The notes beneath the pieces were generated by a model. It was not told where the DNA came from. It saw only the letters and a list, made by a program, of their open reading frames with translations, and did not search any database. This document shows positions 1 through 9,360 of a stretch of DNA of 41,177 nucleotides, in pieces (the stretch's first letter is position 1; the number at the start of each line of letters is the position of its first letter). This DNA is from Anaerolineae bacterium. GTDB taxonomy: Bacteria; Chloroflexota; Anaerolineae; CG2-30-64-16. The stretch is from positions 1 through 41,177 of the forward strand of contig DAOTZV010000190.1 in assembly GCA_034434235.1 (NCBI GenBank), written 5' to 3'. The position numbers and the translations under genes are program-made.

Positions 1-2
1 CA

Positions 3-35
3 CCCCCTCCCTCCCCTGGTAGGGGAGGGAGGGGG
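3..35 (-). terminator. Perfect GC-rich hairpin (CCCCCTCCCTCCCCT-GGTA-GGGGAGGGAGGGGG) immediately downstream of the minus-strand SBP gene
   Basis: Perfect inverted repeat at 3-35, 16 nt beyond the stop of the 52-2253 gene. Any U-tract would lie outside the window. Confidence 0.3.
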
Positions 36-51
36 AAGGGGGAGGGAGAGG

Positions 52-2253
52 TTAACTCTTAAAGAAAAACGTCGGCGGAAGCGAGCTGCCGGGCGTGCGG
101 CAGTGCTGCGCGTTGATCTGCCGTTCGGGGATGTTGCCCATGTTGTTCTTCACCACGCGCACCCCCATGAACGCCGGCGACTGGCCGACCGTGCCGATGC
201 TCCACTGCTGCTCGACGATGATCTTCCACAGCTCCTTGCCGGTCTTGATCTGATCTTCTTCCTTCATCGTCGGCACCTTGGCCATCAGCTCAAAGGCCCG
301 CAACATCTCCGGGTCGTCGGGCTTTTCGCCTTGCGTGCCGCCCGAGGCGTACCACTTGGCGTAGGCCATGCCCATGTGGCATTCCACCGGGTCCACCGGC
401 AGCGCGTGCCGCGGGAAGAGGAAGAGCATCTCGGAGCCGTCGTTCGCCCAGGTGATGATCTGGTGCTCGTTGTTGGCCGTCTTGCCGAACGCCAGGTTGC
501 GCTCCAGCTCCTTCACGTCCACGTCAATGCCGATCTTCTTCCACTGCTGCTTGATCATCTCGCCCGCGGCCGTGTAGGGCACGAATTGCCCGCCCACCGT
601 GATCATCTCCAGGCGCAGGCGCTGGCCGTTGTCGGTGCGCAGGCGGAAGCCCTCGGCGTCCTTCTTGTCCAGGCCGATCCGATCCAGGATCTCGTTGGCC
701 TGCTTCGGGTCGTAGGTGCACCACTTCTTCCGGTACTCCGGGCCCGGGCTGTAGACCGTGCTCTCGGCCGGCGCGGTGGAGCCGGGGGTGCCCACGCCAA
801 GCCAGAACGTCTCGTTGAGCTGATCGCGATCGATGCCCAACGACAGCGCATGGCGAAAGTCCTTGTTCTTCAGCCACTTGGCGATCTCCGGATCGCCCTT
901 GTACGCGTTGCCGATGTGCAGCGTGATGTCCGAGCCGTTCAGGGCCGGGTCGAGATGAACGGTGTAGTTCCCCTTCTGCTGGTTCTCCAGCAACACCGGC
1001 AGGTTGGCCAGGCTCACATGGCGCTCCTGGATGTCGTATTCGCCCGCCACCGCGCGCAGGTTGAGCACCTGGAGGTTCTCGGCCAGCGTCATGGTGATCT
1101 TGTCAATGTACGGGAGCTGGTTGCCCTCGGTGTCCACGGCCCAGTAATACGGGTTGCGCTCCATGACCCACGTCGGCGTGTTGATCGGGCTGACGGTGCG
1201 CCAGGGGGTCATGACCGGCACATCCACGTTGAGCACCCAGCTATAGCGGTTCTTGAAGTACGCCTTCCAGTCGTCGAAGCCGGCGTCCTTGGCCTTCTTG
1301 TTGACCTCTTCGAGCGAGGAGTACTTGGGCAGGAACTGCTTCAGGTAGTGCTTCGGCGCGTAGCCGCCGCCGAAGGTGCCGAACGCGCCGCGGGTGGCAA
1401 ACCCGGCGCCGATGGCCGTGCTGCCGGCCAGGATGTAGGGGAAGAGATAGTTCGGCTCGGGGAACTCGAAGGCCACGGTGAAGTCGTCTATCTTCTTCAT
1501 CACGCCCGGCTTGCCGTTGACCATCATTTCGGGGAAGGGGGTGGGCACCAGGTCCTTGTTGGAATAGACATCCTCGAACCAGAACATGAAGTCGTCGGCA
1601 GTGAGGGGCGTGCCGTCCGACCACTTGGCGCCCTTGCGGAGCATCACCGTGGTCGTCTTGCCGTCTTCGCTGAGCTTCCAGTCTTTGCAGAGGGCCGGCG
1701 CGATGTTGTTGCCGGTGTAATCCCAGAAGAGGATCTTGTCGGTGGAGACGATGCGGTTGCCGTTTTCATGGTCGGCCGGGCCGGTGAAGCCGCGACGCCA
1801 GTTGCCGCCGTACTTGCCGATCTCGCGCAGCGGCTTGATGACCATGACGTCGGTGGGCTCGGGCAGGCGCTTTTCGACCGGCGGCAGCTTGCCGGCCTTG
1901 ACCAGCTCGGCAAGCATGGGCGCCTCGTTGAACTTCTTCGGGAACTTCGCCACGTCCCGGATGATCTCCGGGCCTTCCAGCTTGCCGATCAGCGATTCGC
2001 CCAGCTTGGGCGCGGCCGCTTTCGCGGCGGTCGGCGCGGCAGTGGGAGCGGCGGTGGGAGCCGGCGCCTTGGTGGCGGCGGGGGCCGCGGTGGGCGCGGC
2101 CGGCGCCGCGGTGGGTGCAGCCGGCGCGGCCGTGGGAGCGGCCGGGGCCGGCGCGGGCGTAGGTTGAGCACATGCGGCCAGGGTGGCCGTGCCGACAGCG
2201 GCGCCGGTGAGCGTGAGGAACTCTCGGCGGGTCAAGTGCTTGCGCTTGGACAT
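52..2253 (-). CDS. ABC transporter substrate-binding lipoprotein, family 5 (DppA/OppA peptide/oligopeptide/nickel type)
   Basis: Start MSKRKHLTRREFLTL has a twin-arginine-like signal and an LAAC lipobox. A long PTAAPAAP linker precedes a family-5 SBP body. AGGAGG RBS sits 6-8 nt before the ATG at 2253. The track ORF (to 2688) is extended only because it reads through the stop-free upstream repeat. Confidence 0.85.
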   Translation of the reverse strand: MSKRKHLTRREFLTLTGAAVGTATLAACAQPTPAPAPAAPTAAPAAPTAAPAAPTAAPAATKAPAPTAAPTAAPTAAKAAAPKLGESLIGKLEGPEIIRDVAKFPKKFNEAPMLAELVKAGKLPPVEKRLPEPTDVMVIKPLREIGKYGGNWRRGFTGPADHENGNRIVSTDKILFWDYTGNNIAPALCKDWKLSEDGKTTTVMLRKGAKWSDGTPLTADDFMFWFEDVYSNKDLVPTPFPEMMVNGKPGVMKKIDDFTVAFEFPEPNYLFPYILAGSTAIGAGFATRGAFGTFGGGYAPKHYLKQFLPKYSSLEEVNKKAKDAGFDDWKAYFKNRYSWVLNVDVPVMTPWRTVSPINTPTWVMERNPYYWAVDTEGNQLPYIDKITMTLAENLQVLNLRAVAGEYDIQERHVSLANLPVLLENQQKGNYTVHLDPALNGSDITLHIGNAYKGDPEIAKWLKNKDFRHALSLGIDRDQLNETFWLGVGTPGSTAPAESTVYSPGPEYRKKWCTYDPKQANEILDRIGLDKKDAEGFRLRTDNGQRLRLEMITVGGQFVPYTAAGEMIKQQWKKIGIDVDVKELERNLAFGKTANNEHQIITWANDGSEMLFLFPRHALPVDPVECHMGMAYAKWYASGGTQGEKPDDPEMLRAFELMAKVPTMKEEDQIKTGKELWKIIVEQQWSIGTVGQSPAFMGVRVVKNNMGNIPERQINAQHCRTPGSSLPPTFFFKS

Positions 2254-2293
2254 CTCAGCCTCCTTAGAATGGATACGAAATGGTACTCTCTCT

Positions 2294-2415
2294 GGGCGAC
2301 CAAGGTCGCGGCTAACGAGCCCCCCGCCGGACGTCGGCCTGCGCCGCCGCGACCGCACCCACGCAGGTGGGTGCCGCGGCGCAACCGCGCCCTCGCGTCG
2401 CGATTTCAATCGCCC
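2294..2415 (-). repeat. Solo copy (inverted orientation) of the ~120-bp mosaic MITE/BIME-like element that forms the arrays at 9361-10383 and 35124-35783
   Basis: The reverse complement reads GGGCGATTGAAATCGCG...GGGCGCGGTTGCGCCGCG...CACCCACCTGCGTGGGTG...GGCGCAGGCCGACG...TTAGCCGCGACCTTGGTCGCC, i.e. the same modules A-B-C-D-E as the arrays. It overlaps the 3' end of the IclR gene. Confidence 0.75.
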
Positions 2416-3218
2416 ACGACGTTGCCACGCCCACGATGGCACACAACCTGAGACAGCTCTGCGCCCAGGTTGACCGAAATGGTCCGGGCGGTCTCCTTGA
2501 CCAGTGCAGCAATCCGCGGAGCATCGGCCAGGGAGAGGCGCGACACCGGCGCAGACAAGCTGATGCTGGCAATCGGCTTGCCGGTGTAGTCGAAGATGGG
2601 AGCCGCCACGCACCGGCCACCCTCTTCGTTCTCTTCGTCGTCTACGGCATACCCCAGCTCGCGCGCTTCCGCCAACTGCCGAAGCCACACCTCTTCATCG
2701 GTGATCGTCTTCGCGGTCACGCGCGGCAACCCGAAGCGCCGAACAAAGGCGCGCGCCTCTGCCTCGGGCCAATGCGCCATGATCGCCTTGCCCAGCGCGG
2801 TGCTGTGCGCCAGGGCGCGCTTGCCGATCTCGGAGCGCATCCCCAAAGCACGAGGGCACAACAACCGCTCGATGTACACGATGTCGGCGCCATCCAGCAC
2901 GGCCAGGTTGACCGTCTCGCCGCACCGGTTGCGCAGCGCCTCCAGATGAGGATAGGCCACCCGCCGGATCTCCAGATGGTGGAGCACGACCGACGACCGC
3001 TCGACCAGCTTCAGCCCTAGGCTGTATTTGCGGGTTTGGGGGTTCTGTGTCAGGTAGCCCTTGGCGGCCAGCGTATGGATCAATCCCGCGGCCGTGCTCT
3101 TATGGAGGCCCACAGCTTCGGCGATCTCGGTCGTGCCCAGTTCGGCCGTGCGCAAGTCGAACAGATTTAAGATATCGAGCGCGCGCTCGACCGAACCGAT
3201 CAGTTTGGGAGGCTGCAT
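2406..3218 (-). CDS. IclR family transcriptional regulator
   Basis: An N-terminal HTH (SVERALDILNLF...LGTTEIAEAVGLHKSTAAGLIHTL) precedes an IclR effector domain. Start MQPPKLIG at 3218. The last codons and stop lie inside the repeat copy. Confidence 0.85.
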   Translation of the reverse strand: MQPPKLIGSVERALDILNLFDLRTAELGTTEIAEAVGLHKSTAAGLIHTLAAKGYLTQNPQTRKYSLGLKLVERSSVVLHHLEIRRVAYPHLEALRNRCGETVNLAVLDGADIVYIERLLCPRALGMRSEIGKRALAHSTALGKAIMAHWPEAEARAFVRRFGLPRVTAKTITDEEVWLRQLAEARELGYAVDDEENEEGGRCVAAPIFDYTGKPIASISLSAPVSRLSLADAPRIAALVKETARTISVNLGAELSQVVCHRGRGNVVGD

Positions 3219-3266
3219 CGTCGCACAGATACCTTTCCTGGAGGGGAAAACGAAAAGCAATGCGAC

Positions 3267-3288
3267 AATATCGTACAACGAACGATAT
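3267..3288. promoter_or_regulatory. AT-rich inverted repeat AATATCGT-N7-ACGATAT in the divergent IclR / DUF2891 promoter region; candidate IclR operator
   Basis: Inverted repeat read directly in a locally AT-rich intergenic region between divergent genes. Confidence 0.3.
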
Positions 3289-3459
3289 GATAGCACAATC
3301 TGGCCGCCTGTCAAGAAACTGGAGGCTGGAAACGAATTGGTATTAGGCGCTGTGCAATGAATGAGGTATACTTACCGGAAAATCGCGCGCGGACGCGCCG
3401 GGCACCCTCCCAGGTGCCTGGCACGTGAAACTCAAAACTGACCACTGACCACACGCTTT

Positions 3460-4500
3460 ATGTCCAAACATCCATACCAACTCACGCCCGAACAGGCTTC
3501 ACGCTTCGCCCATCTGGCCTTGCGCTGCATCCAGCGCGAGTTCCCCTGCAACCCCGGTCATGTGATCGCCGACGCCGCCGACCTGCGCCGGCCGCGCGAG
3601 CTGCATCCGGCATTCTACGGCTGCTTCGACTGGCATTCGGCCGTGCACGGCCACTGGCTGCTGGTCCACGTCCTGCGGCGCTTCCCGGATCTGCCCGAAG
3701 CGGCCGCCATTCGCGCCGCGCTGGCCGACAACCTGACGGAGGCCAACCTGCGGATCGAAGCCGATTACTTCGCGGCGGCCGGCCATCGCGGCTTCGAGCG
3801 CGCCTACGGCTGGGCGTGGCTCCTCAAGCTGGCCGAGGAGCTGGCCACGTGGGACGATCCCGATGGCCGGCGCTGGTCGGCCGGCCTGGCGGCGCTGGCC
3901 GACGTAATCGTGGCCCGCTACCAGGAGTTCCTGCCCAAACAGGTCTATCCGATCCGCACCGGCGTGCACCCCAACACCGCGTTCGGCCTGGCGTTCGCGT
4001 TCGACTACGCGCGAGCCGTCGGCCACGCGGCCCTGCGCGATCTGATCGTCCGCCGTAGCCTGGATTATTATGCGGCCGACCGGGCCTGTCCGGCCGCATG
4101 GGAGCCGGGCGGCAACGACTTCTTCTCGCCCTGCCTGATGGAGGCCGACCTGATGCGCCGCATCCTGCCGCAAGAGGAATTCGCCGCGTGGCTGGAAGAT
4201 TTTCTGCCGGAACTGCGCACGGGTAAACCGGCCAGTCTGTTGCATCCGGCGATCGTGACCGACCGGAGCGACGGCCAGCTCGTGCACCTGGACGGCCTCA
4301 ACCTGAGCCGGGCGTGGTGCATGTGGAACATCGCGGCCGCGCTGCCGCCGGCCGACCCGCGGCGGGAGATCCTGGCCGCCGCGGCCGGCCGCCACGCCGA
4401 CGCCGGACTGACCGGCGTTGCCAGCGGCGATTACATGGGGGAACACTGGCTGGCGACCTTCGCGGTTTACATGCTGGAGTGCGCCGGAGCATACTCATGA
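3460..4500 (+). CDS. DUF2891-like hypothetical protein
   Basis: 346-aa ORF with high-GC codon bias. CFDWHSAVHGHW-type motifs are recalled from the DUF2891 family; the family assignment is from memory. Confidence 0.6.
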   Translation: MSKHPYQLTPEQASRFAHLALRCIQREFPCNPGHVIADAADLRRPRELHPAFYGCFDWHSAVHGHWLLVHVLRRFPDLPEAAAIRAALADNLTEANLRIEADYFAAAGHRGFERAYGWAWLLKLAEELATWDDPDGRRWSAGLAALADVIVARYQEFLPKQVYPIRTGVHPNTAFGLAFAFDYARAVGHAALRDLIVRRSLDYYAADRACPAAWEPGGNDFFSPCLMEADLMRRILPQEEFAAWLEDFLPELRTGKPASLLHPAIVTDRSDGQLVHLDGLNLSRAWCMWNIAAALPPADPRREILAAAAGRHADAGLTGVASGDYMGEHWLATFAVYMLECAGAYS

Positions 4501-5117
4501 GCCCAGAGATACACAAGCTTCACCGCCTGCCCCAACGCGGCCGCTACGACCGCGAAACGATCTACGCCATCCTCGATGCCGCGAAGGTGTGTCACGTCGG
4601 CTTCGCCGAGGGGGACCAGCCGTTCGTGATCCCCATGCTCTACGCCCGCGCCGGCGAGGAGATCCTGTTGCACGGCGCGCCGACGAGCCGGCTGATCGGC
4701 CACATTGCGGCCGGCCGACCTATCTGCATCAGCGTCGCCATCCTGGACGGGTTGGTCCTGGCGAAATCGGCCTTCCACCACTCGGTCAACTACCGGTCGG
4801 TCGTCCTCTTCGGCCGCGGCCGGTTGCTCGAAGACGCACAGGAGAAGCTGGAAGCGCTGCGAACCCTCACCGAGCACCTTGCGCCGGGCCGCTGGGAGGT
4901 CGTGCGGCCGCCGAACGCGGCCGAGCTGCGAGGGACAGCGGTCGTAGCGGTGGCCATCGAGAACGCGTCGGCCAAGGTGCGCAGCGGCCCGCCGGCCGAC
5001 ACGGACGCCGATCGCGCGTTGCCCGTGTGGGCCGGCGTGCTGCCGGTGCGGGAGGCCATCGGCGCGGCGATCCCTGCGGACTATTGCGACGAAGCGCTCC
5101 CCGCGCCGACGCTATGA
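4497..5117 (+). CDS. Pyridoxamine 5'-phosphate oxidase-like FMN-binding family protein
   Basis: ATG overlaps the upstream stop (ATGA), indicating coupling. Length and sequence (HVGFAEGDQPFVIPMLY...LHGA) resemble the PNPOx-like split-barrel family. Confidence 0.7.
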   Translation: MSPEIHKLHRLPQRGRYDRETIYAILDAAKVCHVGFAEGDQPFVIPMLYARAGEEILLHGAPTSRLIGHIAAGRPICISVAILDGLVLAKSAFHHSVNYRSVVLFGRGRLLEDAQEKLEALRTLTEHLAPGRWEVVRPPNAAELRGTAVVAVAIENASAKVRSGPPADTDADRALPVWAGVLPVREAIGAAIPADYCDEALPAPTL

Positions 5118-5453
5118 CCGACGCCGCCGCGGCCGCCTGGCCCGCCGCCGCTGTTCGAGCAGGAGATTCAGGCTCAGGACCTTGTCGTCGAGCTGCTTCC
5201 GGAGCCGGGTCCGTTCGGCATCGCCCGACGCCGCGGTGAGCCGCGCCTTCAGCCCGGCGATCTCTCTGAGCAGCTCGACCTCCTCCGGCATGTAGCCGGC
5301 GCTGCGCAACACCGACCAGGCCATCCGCAGGTCTTCGGGCGCGGCGAAGTAGCTATCCAGGTCGAGCGGCTTGCCCGCGCCGGGGAGATCGTCGAAGTCG
5401 CCGCGGGCCATGGCCTCCTGGATCTTCTCCTCGACCAGCGCGTCGAAGGGCAT
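5112..5453 (-). CDS. DUF1992 (DnaJC28-type conserved domain) protein
   Basis: 113 aa; start KIQEAMARGDFDDLPGAGKPLDLD is typical of DUF1992. Lies directly upstream of gatB on the same strand. Confidence 0.6.
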   Translation of the reverse strand: MPFDALVEEKIQEAMARGDFDDLPGAGKPLDLDSYFAAPEDLRMAWSVLRSAGYMPEEVELLREIAGLKARLTAASGDAERTRLRKQLDDKVLSLNLLLEQRRRARRPRRRRS

Positions 5454-5458
5454 GGCGC

Positions 5459-6901
5459 TTACTCCTTGAGCGCGGCGGCGAGCAGCTCCCGCACTACGGC
5501 CGGATTGCCCTTGCCGCGCGTCTCGCGCATCACCTGGCCCAGGAACCAGTTAAACAGGGTGGCCTTGCCTCCGCGATACTTCGCCACCTCGTCGGGGTAA
5601 CGGGCCACTACCTGCGCGACCGCGGCCGCCAGCGCGTCGGCATCGCTCACCTGCAACAGGCCCAGCTCCTGGACGATTTCGTCGGCCGGCCGGCCCGTCT
5701 CGAACATGATCCCGAAGACGCGCTTGGCGCTGTTCAGGTTGATCTGGCCCGCGGCCACCAGGCGCAACAGCCCCGCAAAGGCATCCGGCGTGATCTTGAC
5801 CGCCTCGATCCCGGTTCCGGCCGCGTTCATCAGCCGGAACAGCTCGCCCGTGATCCAGTTGGCGACCGTCCTGGCGTCGCCGGCTGCGGCGACCACCGCC
5901 TCGAAGTATTCGGCGATGCCCCGCTCTTCCACCAACACGGCGGCGTCGCGCGGATGGAGGCCGAACGCCGAAACATAGCGCGCCGCCTTGGCATCGGGCA
6001 GCTCCGGCAGCCGTTCGGCCAACTCGGCCACCCAGGCCGGCTCGATGACCAGCGGCGGCAGATCGGGCTCTGGAAAGTAACGATAGTCGTGGGCCGATTC
6101 CTTGGTGCGCTGCACCACCGTCCGGCCGTGCTCCTCGTCCCAACCCATCGTCACCTGCACCACCCGGCCGCCGGCCTCCAGCACCTCGATCTGCCGCGCC
6201 ACCTCGTACTCCAGCGCCTGGACGACCGCGCGAAACGAGTTCAGGTTCTTGATCTCGACCTTGGTGCCGAATTGCGCCTGGCCGCGGGGTCGCACGCTGA
6301 CGTTGGCCTCGCAACGCATGGCGCCCTTCTCCATGTCGGCCGTGCTTACGCCCAGGTAGCGGAGGATGCGCTGGAGTTTGGTCAGATAGGCGTATGCCTC
6401 GGCCGGCGAACGCATGTCGGGCTCGGTGACGATCTCGAGCAGCGGCACGCCCGCCCGGTTCAGATCCACCAGGCTGGCGCTGCCGGTGTGGATGAGCTTG
6501 CCCGTGTCCTCTTCCAGGTGGGCGCGCGTAATCCCGATGCGCTTGACCTTAACCTCACCCCCCTCCTCGACCTCAACCTCGATCCAGCCGTTGCGACAGA
6601 GCGGCAGCTCGTACTGGCTGATCTGATAGCCCTTGGGCAGATCGGGGTAGTGATAGTTCTTGCGGGCGAAGACCGCCTCGGGGCCGATGGTGCAGTGGAG
6701 CGCCAGGCCGGCCAGGATCGTCTTCTCCACGGCCGCCCGGTTGATGACCGGCAAGACGCCCGGCAACGCCATGCACACCGGACAGACGTGCGTGTTGGGC
6801 GCGGCCGATGCGTAGTCCGCGCTGCACCCGCAGAACATCTTGGAACGAGTCAGGATCTGGGCGTGAACTTCCAGGCCGATGATAGTTTCGTAGATGCTCA
6901 T
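5459..6901 (-). CDS. gatB: Aspartyl/glutamyl-tRNA(Asn/Gln) amidotransferase subunit B
   Basis: 480 aa. N-terminus [26 protein letters not shown] and C-terminal YqeY-like tail are canonical GatB. Confidence 0.95.
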   Translation of the reverse strand: MSIYETIIGLEVHAQILTRSKMFCGCSADYASAAPNTHVCPVCMALPGVLPVINRAAVEKTILAGLALHCTIGPEAVFARKNYHYPDLPKGYQISQYELPLCRNGWIEVEVEEGGEVKVKRIGITRAHLEEDTGKLIHTGSASLVDLNRAGVPLLEIVTEPDMRSPAEAYAYLTKLQRILRYLGVSTADMEKGAMRCEANVSVRPRGQAQFGTKVEIKNLNSFRAVVQALEYEVARQIEVLEAGGRVVQVTMGWDEEHGRTVVQRTKESAHDYRYFPEPDLPPLVIEPAWVAELAERLPELPDAKAARYVSAFGLHPRDAAVLVEERGIAEYFEAVVAAAGDARTVANWITGELFRLMNAAGTGIEAVKITPDAFAGLLRLVAAGQINLNSAKRVFGIMFETGRPADEIVQELGLLQVSDADALAAAVAQVVARYPDEVAKYRGGKATLFNWFLGQVMRETRGKGNPAVVRELLAAALKE

Positions 6902-6990
6902 AAATCCTTAGGCGCCTTCCAGGAGGTGGGCAGGGATTCCAAAAAATCAACGACCAATCGAGCGAAACGATCGAAATCGTCCAGGCATCG

Positions 6991-7083
6991 TTATTCGTCA
7001 AATGTCACCCTTTGCAAGGCTCTCAAATCGCTCAAATACTCGGCGAGCATCTTCAAGCGGGTCTCGATGACCTCGGTATCCAT
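6991..7083 (-). pseudogene. HepT/DUF86-like toxin N-terminal remnant (30 codons, MDTEVIETRLKMLAEYLSDLRALQRVTFDE)
   Basis: A short ORF overlaps the 3' end of the MNT gene in another frame. Its start matches the characteristic N-terminus of HepT/DUF86 proteins, but it stops after 30 codons, only ~85 nt before gatB. Confidence 0.3.
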
Positions 7084-7555
7084 TGCCAAGGCCCACCTCC
7101 TTGATCCGACGGACTAAAGCGCGATTCAGCCGGGTCAACATCGGCTGAAAGTCGTAATACGCCTGTCGGCTCCTGACCTCAAAAGCCACCCGTTGTTTGC
7201 GATCTCTCTCGTATATCAGCCGGCCATACCTCAGGATCTGGTTGCACAATACCAGCGTGGCTTGATTGAGGATGACCACGTCAACGGGCCGCCGAACGAG
7301 TGGCTCCAGTTCTACAGCCCGCTCAATGCGATACATGAAATGAGCTTGCAGATCGAATTGAGGGCTGAGCAAGAGCGCGATATCCACGTCGCTCTCCTGC
7401 GTGGCTTTGCCTTTTGTTTGCGACCCAAAGAGATAGACGGCGACAACCTCGTCGCGACCCACAAAGTACTCCCTGACGCGCGCCTCGAGGGCCGCGATAT
7501 CGTCACCCGATTGCGGAAGATGGGATGGCATATGAAACAACGGATTGACTGTCAT
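6998..7555 (-). CDS. Nucleotidyltransferase-domain protein (MNT-type, antitoxin-like)
   Basis: Carries the minimal nucleotidyltransferase motif VYLFGSQTKGKATQESDVDIALLL. Sits in a locally low-GC (~50%) segment with the promoter-like TTGCGA-17-TTATAC upstream. Confidence 0.75.
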   Translation of the reverse strand: MTVNPLFHMPSHLPQSGDDIAALEARVREYFVGRDEVVAVYLFGSQTKGKATQESDVDIALLLSPQFDLQAHFMYRIERAVELEPLVRRPVDVVILNQATLVLCNQILRYGRLIYERDRKQRVAFEVRSRQAYYDFQPMLTRLNRALVRRIKEVGLGNGYRGHRDPLEDARRVFERFESLAKGDI

Positions 7556-7730
7556 AGGTCTGGCTTCCCGATCAGGATATAGTATAATCCTGTTCTACGG
7601 CAAATCGCAAATCGCCCAATCGCCGGCCGCCGATGACGGCCGCGCGATAGAGCGCAGATAGGACTTTGCAGCCCGTTGCGCTATAATATGGCCGTTGACG
7701 ATTTCACATCCTACAAACGGAGGATAAGCC

Positions 7731-8579
7731 ATGGGAGAGATATTCGGATCACTGCTCAATTTGGGATTATTGTTGTTAGCCGTGTTTGCCGTGGCCAGCT
7801 CGGCCATCAAGGTCGTCCAGGAATATGAACGGGGGGTGATCTTCCGGCTCGGCCGCCTGGTCGGCGCAAAGGGGCCGGGCCTGTTCTTCATCATCCCGAT
7901 CATTGACCGGATGGTGAAGGTAGACCTGCGGGTGGTGACGCTGGACGTACCGGCCCAAGAGGTGATCACGAAGGACAACGTCACGATCAAGGTGAACGCC
8001 GTGGCTTACTTCCGCGTGATGAATCCCTCGCAGGCCATCGTGGCCGTCGAAGACTACCGTCGGGCGACGTTCCAGATCTCGCAGACCAGCTTGCGCTCGG
8101 TGTTGGGCCAATCGGAGCTGGACGAGCTGCTCACGCATCGCGACGCGATCAACCAGAAGCTCCAACGCATCATAGACGAGCAGACCGAGCCATGGGGCGT
8201 GAAGGTGAGCATCGTCGAGGTGAAGGATGTGGAGCTGCCCGAGAACATGAAGCGGGCGATGGCGATCCAGGCGCAGGCCGAACGCGAGCGCCGCGCGAAG
8301 ATCATCAACGCCGAGGGCGAGTATGCGGCGTCGCAGCGCCTGACCAGCGCCGCGCAGATCATGAGCCAGGCGCCGGCCGCCCTGCAATTGCGCTACCTGC
8401 AGACGCTCACCGAGATCGCGGCCGATAAGAACTCGACGATCATCTTCCCGCTGCCGATCGAACTGTTGAACGCGTTGACCGGTCGGACGTTCGCCGGCGA
8501 GGCGAAGGCGCCGTTGCCGCCGACGCCGCCGGCCGATGCCGCCGGCCCGGAAGAGGCGCCCGGCGCCGAGGCAAATTAA
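7731..8579 (+). CDS. SPFH/band-7 (stomatin/HflC-like) membrane protein
   Basis: N-terminal TM helix, SPFH core ([19 protein letters not shown]) and a coiled-coil tail ([20 protein letters not shown]). Confidence 0.9.
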   Translation: MGEIFGSLLNLGLLLLAVFAVASSAIKVVQEYERGVIFRLGRLVGAKGPGLFFIIPIIDRMVKVDLRVVTLDVPAQEVITKDNVTIKVNAVAYFRVMNPSQAIVAVEDYRRATFQISQTSLRSVLGQSELDELLTHRDAINQKLQRIIDEQTEPWGVKVSIVEVKDVELPENMKRAMAIQAQAERERRAKIINAEGEYAASQRLTSAAQIMSQAPAALQLRYLQTLTEIAADKNSTIIFPLPIELLNALTGRTFAGEAKAPLPPTPPADAAGPEEAPGAEAN

Positions 8580-8625
8580 GCCCATTCTACGGGCCGATTG
8601 AGCTGCCGCGACTTATACCGGAAAA

Positions 8626-9234
8626 ATGGATGCACAAAGAGATCTACGTGGCTATATCGGCCTGTCGTTGATCTGGCTGATCGTCCTGGCCGGCGTGCTG
8701 TTCATCACCCGTCGGCCGAGCGGCGAGCCGATCGAGATCATCCCGCCGCCGACGCCGCCAGCGGCCGCGCCGACGGCCAGCCCCACCAGCAGCCCGTTGC
8801 GCGTGGACGTAGCCGGTGCGGTCAACGCGCCCGGCGTCTACACCATGCCGCACGGCAGCCTGGTGGCCGATGCGATCGCTGCGGCCGGCGGCCCCGCGGC
8901 CGACGCCGACCTGGATCGCATCAACAAGGCGACCGCGCTGTACGACGGCGCCCAGGTCTATGTGCCGCGCGTGGCCCAGCCGATCCCCACGACCGTTACG
9001 CTCCCCACGCCGACTGCGGCAACGCGCTCGATGCAGGTCTCGGCGCCGGGCAAGCTGATCAACCTGAACACGGCCACCCTGGAAGAGCTGGACACCCTGC
9101 CCGGCATCGGCCCCTCCACCGCGCAACGGATCATCGAGGGCCGGCCCTATGCCGCGGTCGAGGATCTGCTGCGGGTCAAGGGGATCGGCCAGGCGACCTT
9201 CGACAAGCTGAAGGACCTGGTGACGGTCAAATAA
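8626..9234 (+). CDS. comEA: ComEA family DNA-binding competence protein (SLBB + tandem helix-hairpin-helix)
   Basis: Membrane anchor, then a Pro/Thr-rich linker. SLBB motif VNINTATLEELDTLPGIGPSTAQRIIEGRPY...LRVKGIG. Confidence 0.85.
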   Translation: MDAQRDLRGYIGLSLIWLIVLAGVLFITRRPSGEPIEIIPPPTPPAAAPTASPTSSPLRVDVAGAVNAPGVYTMPHGSLVADAIAAAGGPAADADLDRINKATALYDGAQVYVPRVAQPIPTTVTLPTPTAATRSMQVSAPGKLINLNTATLEELDTLPGIGPSTAQRIIEGRPYAAVEDLLRVKGIGQATFDKLKDLVTVK

Positions 9235-9313
9235 GACGAAAATAGGAAGCTCGCTCACTTGGCATGCGCCGCGAATTTTAGTATTCTAGACGCAGATTCT
9301 TCCTCCTCCTTTG

Positions 9314-9358
9314 CGCACGAACGCCGGGGGCGCCAGCACCCCCGGCGTTCGTGTTTAA
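9314..9358 (+). terminator. comEA terminator hairpin (CGCACGAACGCCGGGGG-loop-CCCCCGGCGTTCGTG followed by TTTAAG)
   Basis: Perfect ~15-bp stem 80 nt after the comEA stop; the T-tract is short. Confidence 0.5.
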
Positions 9359-9360
9359 GC

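Noticed and set aside
103-2451. Long antisense ORFs (103-2451 +, 15954-18791 +, 23190-26768 -, 27779-29401 -, 19192-20814 +, 19982-20863 -, 21437-22756 +, 22236-23144 -, 33651-34736 -)
   Set aside because: They lie opposite well-supported genes (SBP, pheST, AOR/glycerate kinase, SBP, purH, LacI, transketolase). Their products are Arg/Ala/Gly/Pro-rich low-complexity sequences typical of high-GC antisense frames.
52-2688. 878-aa version of the SBP ORF
   Set aside because: The N-terminal 145 residues are a read-through of the repeat copy and the IclR 3' region. The biologically sensible start is MSKRKHLTRREFL at 2253, with an AGGAGG RBS and a Tat/lipoprotein signal.
3410-3432. Sigma54 promoter at TGGCACG (also at 20776)
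   Set aside because: The -12 element TTGC at the required 4-5 nt spacing is absent in both copies.
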